DNA of 64,000 bases from a bacterium (lineage in GTDB: Bacteria; UBA10199; 2-02-FULL-50-16; JAJFLM01). Within the stretch, counting starts at the first letter, position 1, and each line of letters begins with the position of its first letter. The notes under the pieces are model-generated. The model saw only the letters and a program-made list of their open reading frames with translations, searched no databases and was not told where the DNA came from. The position numbers and the translations under genes were made by a program. The stretch is from the NCBI GenBank assembly GCA_965216315.1, contig CBDCFN010000016.1, positions 1,824,001-1,888,000 on the forward strand. Reading direction: 5' to 3'. Positions 20,109 to 29,813 of the stretch are shown in pieces.

Positions 20109-20576
20109 TCACTTTATGACTTCATTCACATGTGCGGAAGCAGCATTGTATTTGTAAACGAGTTCCCCCCCGCTATGACCGACAAGAGCCGCTACTATCA
20201 GATTGGCGATGACTCCAGCGAAGCAAAGCCCCCTAATGAAATTTCCGTAACGCGGATGCGGCCAAAGACCGGCAACAAGCAACAGACAGAGAACTCCTGA
20301 GACCCACACAAAAACCTCTGCTTTCTCCTCATGCGCCTCTATCACTTGTTCGTTGACGACCCGCTCGACAATCTCTTCATCCTGCTCGCCCGCATTCATA
20401 GCCAGCAAACCGGTTCCAAATAAGATTAATTGCAACAGGATGAGAAATACCCACGTCCTGGAAGGGATCCACCTTTTAAGAATTGCAATCCAGATCCCGA
20501 GCACTAGAATAGGCATGATCAACGCAATACCTAGCGGAACATGAACAACGGCCGGATGCAGTGGAATATCAAACAT
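20109..20576 (-). CDS. DUF2231-like membrane protein
   Basis: LHPAVVHVPLG, GHSGGELVY; AGGAGG RBS. Confidence 0.75.
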   Translation of the reverse strand: MFDIPLHPAVVHVPLGIALIMPILVLGIWIAILKRWIPSRTWVFLILLQLILFGTGLLAMNAGEQDEEIVERVVNEQVIEAHEEKAEVFVWVSGVLCLLLVAGLWPHPRYGNFIRGLCFAGVIANLIVAALVGHSGGELVYKYNAASAHVNEVIK

Positions 20577-20654
20577 AAAAACCTCCTGGTTTCATCTTAT
20601 GATATTACCTCTGCTTCAAATTTCCGGCTATGATATCGCTCAGATTAAACGTAC

Positions 20655-20694
20655 AAAAAAGCTGCTAGACCACAGGGGCCTAACAGCTTTTTTT
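20655..20694. terminator. Intrinsic terminator after tRNA-Arg
   Basis: AAAAAAGCTG...CAGCTTTTTTT hairpin. Confidence 0.65.
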
Positions 20695-20695
20695 G

Positions 20696-20769
20696 CGCGC
20701 CCGGAAGGATTCGAACCTCCGACCCCCTGGTTCGTAGCCAGGTACTCTATCCAGCTGAGCCACGGGCGC
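20696..20769 (-). tRNA. tRNA-Arg(ACG)
   Basis: Acceptor GCGCCCG/CGGGCGC, anticodon arm CCTGG-CTACGAA-CCAGG, GGTTCGAATCC; CCA not encoded. Confidence 0.97.
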
Positions 20770-20773
20770 TTCA

Positions 20774-20844
20774 TAGGGGCTTGCGTCGCCCCCTCCAGAA
20801 GCAAAGCTCCTGGAGCCTCCCCCTCTCGCTCGCTCTGCTCGCTA
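20774..20844. repeat. Structured repeat, family A, copy 2
   Basis: Near-identical to 17553..17623; 4 nt from the tRNA-Arg 5' end. Confidence 0.9.
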
Positions 20845-20858
20845 GGGAAGGCTTCAAC

Positions 20859-20892
20859 AAAAGTAAGGGCGGTTCACGAACCGCCCTTACTT
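20859..20892 (-). terminator. Intrinsic terminator after atpE
   Basis: AAGTAAGGGCGGTTC/GAACCGCCCTTACTT stem followed by T residues. Confidence 0.7.
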
Positions 20893-20918
20893 CAATTCAA
20901 TATATCACAATAAACTAA

Positions 20919-21248
20919 TTAAATCTTGCCTTGGAGCAAGAATGCAATAACCAGCGCATAAATGACCAGCGACTCGATCAGGGCCAGCGCGATGATCATC
21001 GGGGTCTGCACCTTACCGGCAGCACCTGGGTTGCGAGCGATTCCCTCAAGGGCCGCCGTTGCCGCCTTACTCTGACCAAAGGCACCACCAACAGCGGCAA
21101 TCGCAATACCGAAACCAGCCGCCAGGGCCAGGGCTGACTTAACGTCGCCACTCGTGCCGCCCATCGCACCATGATCTTGAGCCCAAGCCATCGCCGGGCC
21201 TAAAGTTGCAACGAAAGATGCTACCAACATCCAAAAATATTTCCGCAT
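20919..21248 (-). CDS. atpE: F0 ATP synthase subunit c with a signal-peptide-like N-terminus
   Basis: [25 protein letters not shown]. Confidence 0.95.
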   Translation of the reverse strand: MRKYFWMLVASFVATLGPAMAWAQDHGAMGGTSGDVKSALALAAGFGIAIAAVGGAFGQSKAATAALEGIARNPGAAGKVQTPMIIALALIESLVIYALVIAFLLQGKI

Positions 21249-21280
21249 GAGAGTCTCCTTAAATAGTTCCAATTTAATAT

Positions 21281-21973
21281 CTAATGTTCATGCTCTGTGG
21301 CCAAGCCCACGTAAATGAGCGACAACAGAGAAAAAACAAAGGCCTGAATAAAGGCCACAAAAACACCCAAACCAAGAAAGATTACCGGAACCAATAACGG
21401 CACCAGATCTGAGAAAATTCCCAGCACCAAGTGATCCCCAGTAATATTTCCGAACAAACGCAATGACAACGAAACCGGCCGCACCACGTGTCCAATTAAC
21501 TCAATAACCAGCATTAAAGGTGCCAGCCAAATAATAGGACCCATAAAATGCTTCAGATAACCGGGTCCATGTTCCTTAAAACCTACGTAATTATAATAAA
21601 CAAAAACCGTTAGGCCGCAGGCCAGGTTGGTATTGATATTGTCCGTCGGGGGCAGAAAACCTGGAATCACCGACAAGAGATTACATAAAAAGATATAAAT
21701 GAAGAGTGACCCGATGATCGGCAAGAACCGTGGAGCCGACTTGCCCGCGATTCCTTCAACAAGACTCAAGAGCTGCTCGACGGCCACTTCAAAAATATTC
21801 GTCAGACTTCCCTTGGATTCGGGAACCAGCCGCGCCTCAACATTGCGCAATTTTAGATACACGGGAATCGTCAATAACGCGATCACGGCGACGACAAGCG
21901 TCGAATACATCATGTGGACATTATGATGATCGACTTTCTCAAAAAATAACTGCGCCCAAGTAAAATGATGCAC
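21281..21973 (-). CDS. atpB: F0 ATP synthase subunit a
   Basis: [23 protein letters not shown]; probable GTG start at 21973. Confidence 0.95.
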   Translation of the reverse strand: MHHFTWAQLFFEKVDHHNVHMMYSTLVVAVIALLTIPVYLKLRNVEARLVPESKGSLTNIFEVAVEQLLSLVEGIAGKSAPRFLPIIGSLFIYIFLCNLLSVIPGFLPPTDNINTNLACGLTVFVYYNYVGFKEHGPGYLKHFMGPIIWLAPLMLVIELIGHVVRPVSLSLRLFGNITGDHLVLGIFSDLVPLLVPVIFLGLGVFVAFIQAFVFSLLSLIYVGLATEHEH

Positions 21974-21974
21974 G

Positions 21975-22346
21975 TCAACTTTCCTCTTCGGTCTGAGGGC
22001 CAACAAGACCCCAAATACCTTCCAACACGATTCCGATGACGATACAGGAGAGACCCACTAAAAAGGGCACCACCACAATCGGAACTTTTAATACAACATA
22101 GCCCAGGACCCCGAACAATACCGCCGCCTTGGCGATAAAGATCAACAAGAGCCGCTTTGAACTCGTCTCTTCGCGGTTAATGAGTCCTGTTACGAGGCGC
22201 TCCAGGAGCCAAAAATTGGCTACGGCAATCGCAATCCCAATGGCAACGCTGAGAGTGGCCGTACGACTCACAAAGAACAGGCTCCCAACCAGTAAGAGGA
22301 GCCCCGCAACGAGGCTCTTTATCCAAATGGACCGTGTTCTTGTCAA
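21975..22346 (-). CDS. atpI: ATP synthase protein I
   Basis: Four TM segments directly upstream of atpB; TTG 22346 with AGGAAGG (alternative GTG 22439 would translate repeat copy 3). Confidence 0.75.
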   Translation of the reverse strand: MTRTRSIWIKSLVAGLLLLVGSLFFVSRTATLSVAIGIAIAVANFWLLERLVTGLINREETSSKRLLLIFIAKAAVLFGVLGYVVLKVPIVVVPFLVGLSCIVIGIVLEGIWGLVGPQTEEES

Positions 22347-22362
22347 GATTTTCTGCCTTCCT

Positions 22363-22434
22363 TTGGGGCTCGCGTCGCCCCCTCCACCGGCAAAGCCGGA
22401 CGGAGCCTCCCCCTGTCGCTCACTTTGCTCGCTA
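22363..22434. repeat. Structured repeat, family A, copy 3 (diverged)
   Basis: GGGGCTCGCGTCGCCCCCTCCACCGGCAAAGCCGGACGGAGCCTCCCCCTGTCGCTCACTTTGCTCGCTA. Confidence 0.85.
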
Positions 22435-22443
22435 AACACTGAT

Positions 22444-22707
22444 TCATGAATCGCCTTTACTATTATCTGAACGCCGTTGTTTCCAATTCATAATTCGGAT
22501 CAAGTTATAAAAACCGCCGGTACTGCCTAAAAGCAGACCAACCAGGGTCAACCAGGGACCCGTCCCCCAGTGTTCATCGGCTAGATAACCGACATACAAG
22601 CCCCCCACCACGGCAAAAGCGAGCTGAAAGCCTACGGCTCCGTAGATACCAAAGGCGACGATAAATGAATCCTTGTTGCCCGAATCATCCTTCTTAGGGC
22701 TCATCAA
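22444..22707 (-). CDS. AtpZ/AtpI-family (ATPase gene 1) protein
   Basis: GLYVGYLADEHWGTGPWLTLVGLLLG pattern at the head of the F0 operon. Confidence 0.85.
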   Translation of the reverse strand: MMSPKKDDSGNKDSFIVAFGIYGAVGFQLAFAVVGGLYVGYLADEHWGTGPWLTLVGLLLGSTGGFYNLIRIMNWKQRRSDNSKGDS

Positions 22708-23996
22708 AGCGACTCCAAGGCGCGACCGGCCGCCTCGATGGTCTGAGCAATTTCTTCCTCGCCGTGGGCGATGGACAAGAACCAGGCCTCATAGGGAGAC
22801 GGAGGTGGATAGACCCCCTGCTCTAGCAAGCTATGGTAAAAACCCTTGAAACGATCAGCACTTATCCCTTGAACCTCATCATAATTATCAACTTGTTTTG
22901 CAGCGGTGAAAAAGAAGGAAAACATGGAGCCGATGCGAGCCACGACCATAGGAACGCCGCAACAATCCGCTTCGGCCTTGACGCCATCGCAGAGCGTCTT
23001 GGCACTTCGATTGAGCTCCTTATAGGGATTAAGTGCCTGCAACTCCCTGACAGTTGCCAAGCCCGCCGCCATGGCCAGGGGATTTCCCGACAGCGTCCCG
23101 GCCTGATAGACGGGTCCTTCCGGCGCCAATTGTTGCATCAAGTCGGCTCGCCCTCCAAACGCCCCAACCGGCAGACCTCCGCCAATGACCTTACCCAAGC
23201 AGGTCAGGTCCGGCTCAATCCCGTACAATTCCTGGGCCCCACCAAAGGCCAAACGAAAACCCGTCATGACCTCATCAAAAATCAGCAGAACCCCTTCCGC
23301 CCGCGCGAGCTGCGAGAGCTCCTGCAGAAAAGTCCCCTGCGGCGCCACGAGGCCCATGTTGCCACAAACCGGTTCTATAATGATGGCCGCTACTGACCCT
23401 TGATTCTCACCCAAGAGTTTTTTCACGTGGTCGAGATCGTTGTAGCGCGCGAGCAAGGTATGGGCCGCAAAATCGGCGGGCACCCCGGCACTGTTCGGCA
23501 CCCCCAAGGTCGTTGCACCGGAACCTGCCTTGACGAGCAAATAATCCGCATGGCCATGATAGGCCCCTTCAAACTTGATAATCTTGTCCCGGCCGGTGGC
23601 TCCACGCGCCAAGCGGATCGCACTCATCGTCGCCTCGGTGCCCGAATTGACGAAGCGGACCCGTTCCATGCTCGGGTAGGCCTGCCGAATCAATTCTGCA
23701 AACGTGACCTCCTGAACGGTCGGTGCTCCAAAGCTCGTGCCTGACTCGGCGGCTGCATTGATGGCCGCCACCACCTTGGGATGCGTGTGTCCGAGTATCA
23801 TCGGCCCCCACGACCCAACGTAATCGATGTATTGATTGTCATCGACGTCCCAAAGGTAGGCACCTTTTGCCCTCGCGATGAACGGGGGCGTCCCGCCAAC
23901 CGAACCAAAGGCGCGCACCGGACTATTCACACCACCGACGAGGGACTCCTGAGCCCTCCTAAAGGCCTGCTCTGATTTATCAAAGGAATTCGACAT
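22704..23996 (-). CDS. hemL: Glutamate-1-semialdehyde 2,1-aminomutase
   Basis: GGVNSPVRAF, NSGTEATMSAIRLAR, FDEVMTGFR, LGKVIGGGLPVG, YQAGTLSGNP. Confidence 0.96.
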   Translation of the reverse strand: MSNSFDKSEQAFRRAQESLVGGVNSPVRAFGSVGGTPPFIARAKGAYLWDVDDNQYIDYVGSWGPMILGHTHPKVVAAINAAAESGTSFGAPTVQEVTFAELIRQAYPSMERVRFVNSGTEATMSAIRLARGATGRDKIIKFEGAYHGHADYLLVKAGSGATTLGVPNSAGVPADFAAHTLLARYNDLDHVKKLLGENQGSVAAIIIEPVCGNMGLVAPQGTFLQELSQLARAEGVLLIFDEVMTGFRLAFGGAQELYGIEPDLTCLGKVIGGGLPVGAFGGRADLMQQLAPEGPVYQAGTLSGNPLAMAAGLATVRELQALNPYKELNRSAKTLCDGVKAEADCCGVPMVVARIGSMFSFFFTAAKQVDNYDEVQGISADRFKGFYHSLLEQGVYPPPSPYEAWFLSIAHGEEEIAQTIEAAGRALESL

Positions 23997-24065
23997 GATA
24001 GGCTGAGCTAGCACTTTCACCGCAGGGGCGCAAGAGCCGTCCTCAGCAAAACCCCCTAGAATAGC

Positions 24066-24092
24066 GAAACATTTTCCGAAATACGCAGATAA
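24066..24092 (+). promoter_or_regulatory. Sigma28 (FliA)-like promoter
   Basis: GAAA-N15-GCAGATAA. Confidence 0.4.
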
Positions 24093-24106
24093 AGGCGTAA
24101 TCGATC

Positions 24107-25027
24107 ATGTTAATGGCAACCTCACCCATATTGGCAGCGGGCCAGCTTACGAGCGCATGTCGTCCCCTCGCAATCCTGCAAGAGTGGAGCCAAAGCCTCC
24201 AACAACTCGGTCCCGACTTACAGGACTCCGATGGCCTGAAAAATGCGCAGCGGCTTGTCCCGTCACTGCAGGCGCAAGGCTTGACGAAGCTCGCAAGACG
24301 CGTCAATGAACGCGGCGCACCCGCTCTGCTCGAACTCAGCCCGCAGTCACGTTTGGCAATTTTCTCAGACATCGCAACGACGCTCAGTCCTCACCATCAG
24401 CTCGACTTACGCAACGAAAGCACCCGCATCAACAACGCACGCGGCATCAAACGACCGATAAGTCTCTTAAGCTTTGGTCTCTTGGCAAAAGACAGTTCAC
24501 CGGAGGCGATATCTATTCTCGATTATCATTTTCCTTATGGGCACGGGATCGGCTTAATGTTGGAACCTGCTTTCGGAGGAGCGCAAGAAACGGGCCATCA
24601 GCTGTACTATGCGGCAGACACTCAACTTGACCCGGAAGGTTATGGAGTTCCTCGTGGCTTTACAGCACTCGATGGAACGAATGCTCTCGAAATCGGCGGA
24701 CTAAGGGTCATCGGCCTGGACAAAGCTTTGCACAAAAATCCACCACGCAGTCAAACGCCGGTTGATATTGTAATAACCAGCTCTCTCTTAAAAGAGCATG
24801 ACGACTGGAGTCTGCGCGTCATTGAGGCGCTTTCCCCGACACTCTTCTTACATCATACCCGCGAAGACACGGTTCATGCCATTCATCACGAGACCCGAAT
24901 ACTGGGACTGGGACCCGCCATGTATCGCTATGCCCACATCGTCTTCAATCCTCACTCGCCGGACGGACCCCTGCAAGTCGCCATCCATGCAACCGAGTCA
25001 GGCGAAGAACTATACGGATACTACTGA
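24107..25027 (+). CDS. Hypothetical protein (306 aa)
   Basis: Long ORF, no signal peptide or known motif. Confidence 0.6.
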   Translation: MLMATSPILAAGQLTSACRPLAILQEWSQSLQQLGPDLQDSDGLKNAQRLVPSLQAQGLTKLARRVNERGAPALLELSPQSRLAIFSDIATTLSPHHQLDLRNESTRINNARGIKRPISLLSFGLLAKDSSPEAISILDYHFPYGHGIGLMLEPAFGGAQETGHQLYYAADTQLDPEGYGVPRGFTALDGTNALEIGGLRVIGLDKALHKNPPRSQTPVDIVITSSLLKEHDDWSLRVIEALSPTLFLHHTREDTVHAIHHETRILGLGPAMYRYAHIVFNPHSPDGPLQVAIHATESGEELYGYY

Positions 25028-28000
25028 CCGACAGCCATCTCCGCGGGAAGCTCACCCGCTTCTAAATGGATTTCAAGCGTGAGTTCCATCCGACGTAATT
25101 CCGGACGAATCTTTCTAACCCGTGAGTTGACCGGAAAATCAACCATCAGTACCGGACGCCCATTCTGTGTCGTCTGAAAAACATAATAGCCTTGCGCTTT
25201 TATCCCCTCAATCAGACCGGTCAACTCGGCGGGATTTTTGACAAAGACATCAACCCCTAAGAAACTTTCCGGGCTTAACCAGAGGAAACTTTTCGCGGGA
25301 TTTGCCGGGTCGACACTGCCATGTATTTCCTGAATCGGTCGATAGTTCCATTCAAATTCCACTCCGCCCTTACTCCGTAATGAGTGACCAATTAAAAAGA
25401 CATCCATCGGCTCTGCTGCCCGTCGCGCAAACTGCAAGGAATTCATATATCGAATATCAACTTGATTATAGAGTGACGGTCTCAATCGGGTGGAGATATA
25501 GGCCTCTAATAAGGTCGGCACGTCTAGGGGCATCTCCCCCGCCTGCATGCGCCTGACGGCTTCGCCTATGCCACGATGTTGGATAGCAGAAAGATCCATC
25601 GCGGAGAGTTCACTGAAAATCTCCTGTGCCAAGGCCGCATCCTGTTTCATGAACTCCGGAGAGCTTTCGTCGAGACGAGTCAATTCACGCATGCGTTGTC
25701 CCCAGGACTCGGTCTTCTTGACCTGCCCCAGAAAAGTGCGAGCTTCGAGCTGGTAGTCGGCCACCTGCTCCGGGGTCCAATTGGTCTCTTGCTTCAAGGC
25801 TTCCGGTGTCATCTTAACAACGCGTTCAAGTTCAGCCCGAATCTCGGGATCCGCAAAATAGTCGTTGAAGGCATTCGCATCGCGGCGCCAGTCGCCGGCG
25901 GCCTGTTGAAGCTTGAGGGTTGGTATTTCGGCTAGTTTTTCACTGAGCGTCACTGCCGTCTCAGAAGTCCCCGACCTTGAAGGATCGGGCGGCGGCGGTG
26001 CGTCATTCGCGGCAACCTGCTTTTTGTTTCCTTTCCCTTCAGCAAAGGTAACATCTTCGGTAGAGGCCGGCACAGGCTCAACGATTTTACCCTCGGCTTT
26101 TGTCACCTCATCAGCACCACTTGACGGTGGTGTCTTCGCAACTTTGCCTTCGACTTTTGTCACTTCTGCAGGCTTCAGGCTTTCAGGCGCCGCTGGAGCC
26201 ATCGGCTTAACCACCTTGCCTTCGACAAACGTCACTTCATCAGGGGCAGCCGTTTCAACAATCGGTTTCGGGCGATCAACCACCGTTACTTCAGGAGAAT
26301 CTCCACCGTCCTTGATTGATACATCTTCTTTAATCTGTTGCGTCCGCTTCCAAATCACTTGTTCTGTCTTGGAATAACCACCGCTACGAACCTGATTATT
26401 CACCCAACGCCCGTAATGCATGCCCAGCAAATTGCGAATCGTCTCGCCGGCAAGACGCTCCGAAAATGTGTATGGACTGTCATGATCCATCACGATGTCA
26501 CCAGCATAGGTCATGGCCGTCGCCACACTTGTCTGCGTCGATAACTCACCAGCAAAATTAAACACGCGCCCTTCTGGATTCATCCTTAAGAAACGAGCGA
26601 CCTTTGGATTCACAACTTTCCAGCCCAAATGACCGCAATGGAAGGCCCGACTCATAATAGTTGCAAAGCCCGCGTTCTTCCAGCTGAAATCCCGTTGTTG
26701 CAACAGCGATGATGTCCCTTCGATCATAAGACCTTCAGTCGCGGAACCGGCCCATACAGTGACAAAACCCGCCCCAAAACGTCGCACCCCGGTCTGGGCA
26801 CTGAGCTTTAAGGCACTACCGACACCGACACGTACGAGTTGGCCGGCTCCCATTGCCAAGGGCAAAGTCACTGCCGTAATCACAACTTCGTCGACGATTG
26901 CATCGATACTATCATCCGAAAGATTCCAAAATTGATCGAGTGGATCTTTCATATCTTCGTAGATGGCCCACGCATCGGCCGCGATCGGATCATTCACTCG
27001 CATCTCACCCGATTCGTAATCGGCTTGAAGGCTCGCAAAAGCGATTTTGTGAAGTCGTCTCTCGATTTCAAGTTCGACGGACACATCAACCATCTGTTCA
27101 ATTTCAGCTTCAGTCGGTTGACCACTTGGAAATCGCTCGGCGTATTGACTTGGATTGGCTTCTTTCGCCTCCGCCAGACTGTCCATGACCTTGCTGTGAA
27201 AATCATTCCGGTCGCCTTCGACGGCATCCCGCACGTCTTGGCTCACTGTGTCCGGAATAACCGCTAGAGCCTCCTGCAAAGGCTCCGCAAACAACTGTTC
27301 GAGGATTTGACCAGCAACGGCATAAGAGCCGTTGCGATGACGTACTTGTTGCGCGACGGACAGAAGATGCTTACGCTTGCCATCCGGTGTCTTCATCGCT
27401 TCGAGACCTTCACGCGTCTCCAGCGAATACAATGTCAAAAAGTCTTTGTCACGAACGCCAATATTCGTCCAATGCCCATACTGACCGAAAAGGCCTTCAT
27501 AACGCAGCGGATTCTCGGCATGCGAAACATTCCCTGCAGCCGTTAATTTGCCGAATTCTTTCTGGATATCATCGCGATGTCTTAAGATTTGATAATCTCT
27601 ATTGAGCTGCATACTCGAATGAATACGCACACCACCGTCCCGCTCGATTAAAACAACCCGCTCGCCCTCGGCGGGTGGGAAATAATACGCCTTATGTGTA
27701 TCCGTCCGAATAATCCCACCTTCAGATCCAATCGAAACACGCACGATGCGTGGTTGATTACGACCACTCGAAGTCCGCAACATCCCACCGGAAACCGTGA
27801 CGTTCGTCACCTCAGGGTGTGTTGCCGAAGTATCGGCAAACCAATCGCGCAGGAAGGTAAGAGCTACACTACGTTCTTCCTTGTCCTGTGTCGATCCGTA
27901 CGATGGCGCCTCGTAAATCAGGTTGACATCCCATCCTCTTTGCACGACGGGATTCGTTGCAAACTGTTCTTGAAGCCGTTGATGCTCACTCTGCAGATAC

Positions 28001-29484
28001 GACATTGCTTCATCAAGCGTATCCGCGTGCCCGCTTTCGACTGCCTGCCTGAGTAACCCAATCAAGCCGCTATTCGCCTGAGCGGTTTTCTTATCATAAT
28101 AATTAAGTTCCATGCGTCCTAACCGTTGGGTCAGGAGTGAGCCATTTGCTTCATCGAGTCGATCCAATGCTATCAACGTGTAGTCACGCAATTCCGCACG
28201 CACCACCTCGCGCATGGCCAATAATTCAGGATCATCGGTCGACTCGGTCGCGGTCTTAAAATCCATCATATAGAGTCGTGCCTGTGGGATATTATTGTCT
28301 TCAATCAGCGCCAATCGACTCTGATAGAATAAAGTGCGCGCCGTATCGCCATTCGCTTGCGCCGTTTCAAGTCGACTGCGATTCATCGCGATGAGACCAA
28401 TCTGCTGCAGCTCCCCGAGAATGCGGAGTTTGTCACGATCTTCGAGCACATCGAATTCCGGCGTCATACTCATTGAATGCATGTGAACCAGATCGGAATG
28501 AAAGATTACATAAGCCGCATATGCATGAGTATTTTCCTCGGTCAAGAAGCCATTATCCGCCAATGTCGCCGTCTCATTGATAACAACTTCCAAAGAAAAA
28601 TCCTGCGTATAACTCATTAATAAAGGAGATAATTCCCGTGCAGCGGCTTCATCCCCCAATAAACGAAACACCTCAATTTCCTGGGATAATAGGAGCACCG
28701 TATCCGCCCTATTACCGCTCGTTTCCGCCAGCTTTCTTTGTATTGTCAATTCAGTTCGAATTTCTTCAAGGCGGCAGGGATAGGCATCCGCTTCCGCCCT
28801 AAAACTTGGTTCGAGTTGTGCAGCCATCCCATAGTCATAGAATGCTTCTTCATAGTGGCCCAGCATATGGTGTAATCGTGCGCGATAAAGATAGGCTTCG
28901 GCATCATTCGGATCATTCTGGATCTGACCATTCATGAAATCGATCGCGTAGGAGGTGTGCTTAAAAGCACTGGAATGCCCCGTCGCCTGTTTGGTTGCCG
29001 CACGCAAGAAGAATATCCGTCGCGTCAACTGAGGATCCAAAATTCTTTCATCTGTTTTAAAATTCTTGTAGGCCACTTTAAAGACCTTAAAGGCTTCTCG
29101 ATAGGTTTCTTTCGCTTGAACTGCATCACCGGCATCAAGCTGCCTTTCAACCGCGGCCAACCGATCATTGAGATAGGCAACTATACTCTCAGGATCATCC
29201 ATGTTGGGAGAAGCATAGATAGCAGTCGGTTGCGTGAAGAGTTGTGTGCCCGGAAGACTCGTAAAAAAGCCGAGAATAGTCGACGACGCCGGATCCGTGC
29301 TGCAATAGCCCCCCTCGTTCGCCTCGGGTTGCGACACGCTTTCTGGCGCACAACTGCCCGCATCCACCTCTCCGTACAGGAGAGCCGAACTAGAAGACGG
29401 GTCAGACCCGCACTGATTTATGGCTTCAAATGGCAGATCTGCAGACGCAGCTCCGCACACACATAGGGTATTAGTACCGCACAC
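25021..29484 (-). CDS. Large hypothetical protein with TPR-like region, hydrophobic central segment and Thr-motif repeats
   Basis: TPR-like DPNDAEAYLYRARLHHMLGHYEEAFYDYGMAAQLEP; GTG 29484 with GGAG RBS downstream of a sigma54 site. Confidence 0.75.
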   Translation of the reverse strand: MCGTNTLCVCGAASADLPFEAINQCGSDPSSSSALLYGEVDAGSCAPESVSQPEANEGGYCSTDPASSTILGFFTSLPGTQLFTQPTAIYASPNMDDPESIVAYLNDRLAAVERQLDAGDAVQAKETYREAFKVFKVAYKNFKTDERILDPQLTRRIFFLRAATKQATGHSSAFKHTSYAIDFMNGQIQNDPNDAEAYLYRARLHHMLGHYEEAFYDYGMAAQLEPSFRAEADAYPCRLEEIRTELTIQRKLAETSGNRADTVLLLSQEIEVFRLLGDEAAARELSPLLMSYTQDFSLEVVINETATLADNGFLTEENTHAYAAYVIFHSDLVHMHSMSMTPEFDVLEDRDKLRILGELQQIGLIAMNRSRLETAQANGDTARTLFYQSRLALIEDNNIPQARLYMMDFKTATESTDDPELLAMREVVRAELRDYTLIALDRLDEANGSLLTQRLGRMELNYYDKKTAQANSGLIGLLRQAVESGHADTLDEAMSYLQSEHQRLQEQFATNPVVQRGWDVNLIYEAPSYGSTQDKEERSVALTFLRDWFADTSATHPEVTNVTVSGGMLRTSSGRNQPRIVRVSIGSEGGIIRTDTHKAYYFPPAEGERVVLIERDGGVRIHSSMQLNRDYQILRHRDDIQKEFGKLTAAGNVSHAENPLRYEGLFGQYGHWTNIGVRDKDFLTLYSLETREGLEAMKTPDGKRKHLLSVAQQVRHRNGSYAVAGQILEQLFAEPLQEALAVIPDTVSQDVRDAVEGDRNDFHSKVMDSLAEAKEANPSQYAERFPSGQPTEAEIEQMVDVSVELEIERRLHKIAFASLQADYESGEMRVNDPIAADAWAIYEDMKDPLDQFWNLSDDSIDAIVDEVVITAVTLPLAMGAGQLVRVGVGSALKLSAQTGVRRFGAGFVTVWAGSATEGLMIEGTSSLLQQRDFSWKNAGFATIMSRAFHCGHLGWKVVNPKVARFLRMNPEGRVFNFAGELSTQTSVATAMTYAGDIVMDHDSPYTFSERLAGETIRNLLGMHYGRWVNNQVRSGGYSKTEQVIWKRTQQIKEDVSIKDGGDSPEVTVVDRPKPIVETAAPDEVTFVEGKVVKPMAPAAPESLKPAEVTKVEGKVAKTPPSSGADEVTKAEGKIVEPVPASTEDVTFAEGKGNKKQVAANDAPPPPDPSRSGTSETAVTLSEKLAEIPTLKLQQAAGDWRRDANAFNDYFADPEIRAELERVVKMTPEALKQETNWTPEQVADYQLEARTFLGQVKKTESWGQRMRELTRLDESSPEFMKQDAALAQEIFSELSAMDLSAIQHRGIGEAVRRMQAGEMPLDVPTLLEAYISTRLRPSLYNQVDIRYMNSLQFARRAAEPMDVFLIGHSLRSKGGVEFEWNYRPIQEIHGSVDPANPAKSFLWLSPESFLGVDVFVKNPAELTGLIEGIKAQGYYVFQTTQNGRPVLMVDFPVNSRVRKIRPELRRMELTLEIHLEAGELPAEMAVGQ

Positions 29485-29510
29485 GCACCTACTCCTCCAC
29501 CCCAATAGAG

Positions 29511-29526
29511 AGCAAAGACCGTGCCA
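29511..29526 (-). promoter_or_regulatory. Sigma54 promoter with upstream IHF site (29554..29566)
   Basis: TGGCAC-GGTCT-TTGCT; AATCAA-ATTG-TTA fits WATCAANNNNTTR. Confidence 0.75.
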
Positions 29527-29736
29527 GAGTGGCTTAGCGGGCGATATAAGCCGTAACAATTTGATTTTATATGATTTTTATCATATTGAAGGTGCGCGAT
29601 TTCCATGTGATCACCCTAAAATCACGGGTATAGACCCCCCATTTTTTGCGAAAATTTCCCAATTTGACATCAATTTTGTGGTTTTAACCCCTCAAATCGC
29701 GGCTTTTTTGAATTTTTTGCGGCTCTTATCTAATGG

Positions 29737-29763
29737 ACAACTTTTTTCGGCCGTTACCGATAA
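29737..29763 (+). promoter_or_regulatory. Sigma28-like promoter
   Basis: ACAACTTT-N11-ACCGATAA upstream of the S8 protease. Confidence 0.5.
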
Positions 29764-29813
29764 GGAAGGAACATCTGAACGGGGGTGAAGGATGAGAGAG
29801 AGGGAGAATATCT

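Noticed and set aside
20599..20913. ORFs overlapping the tRNAs (also 39932..40255 and 40120..40308)
   Set aside because: Spurious translations of tRNA and repeat sequence
20919..22707. F0 genes without atpF/H/A/G/D/C
   Set aside because: Split atp operons are ordinary in deltaproteobacterial-type genomes
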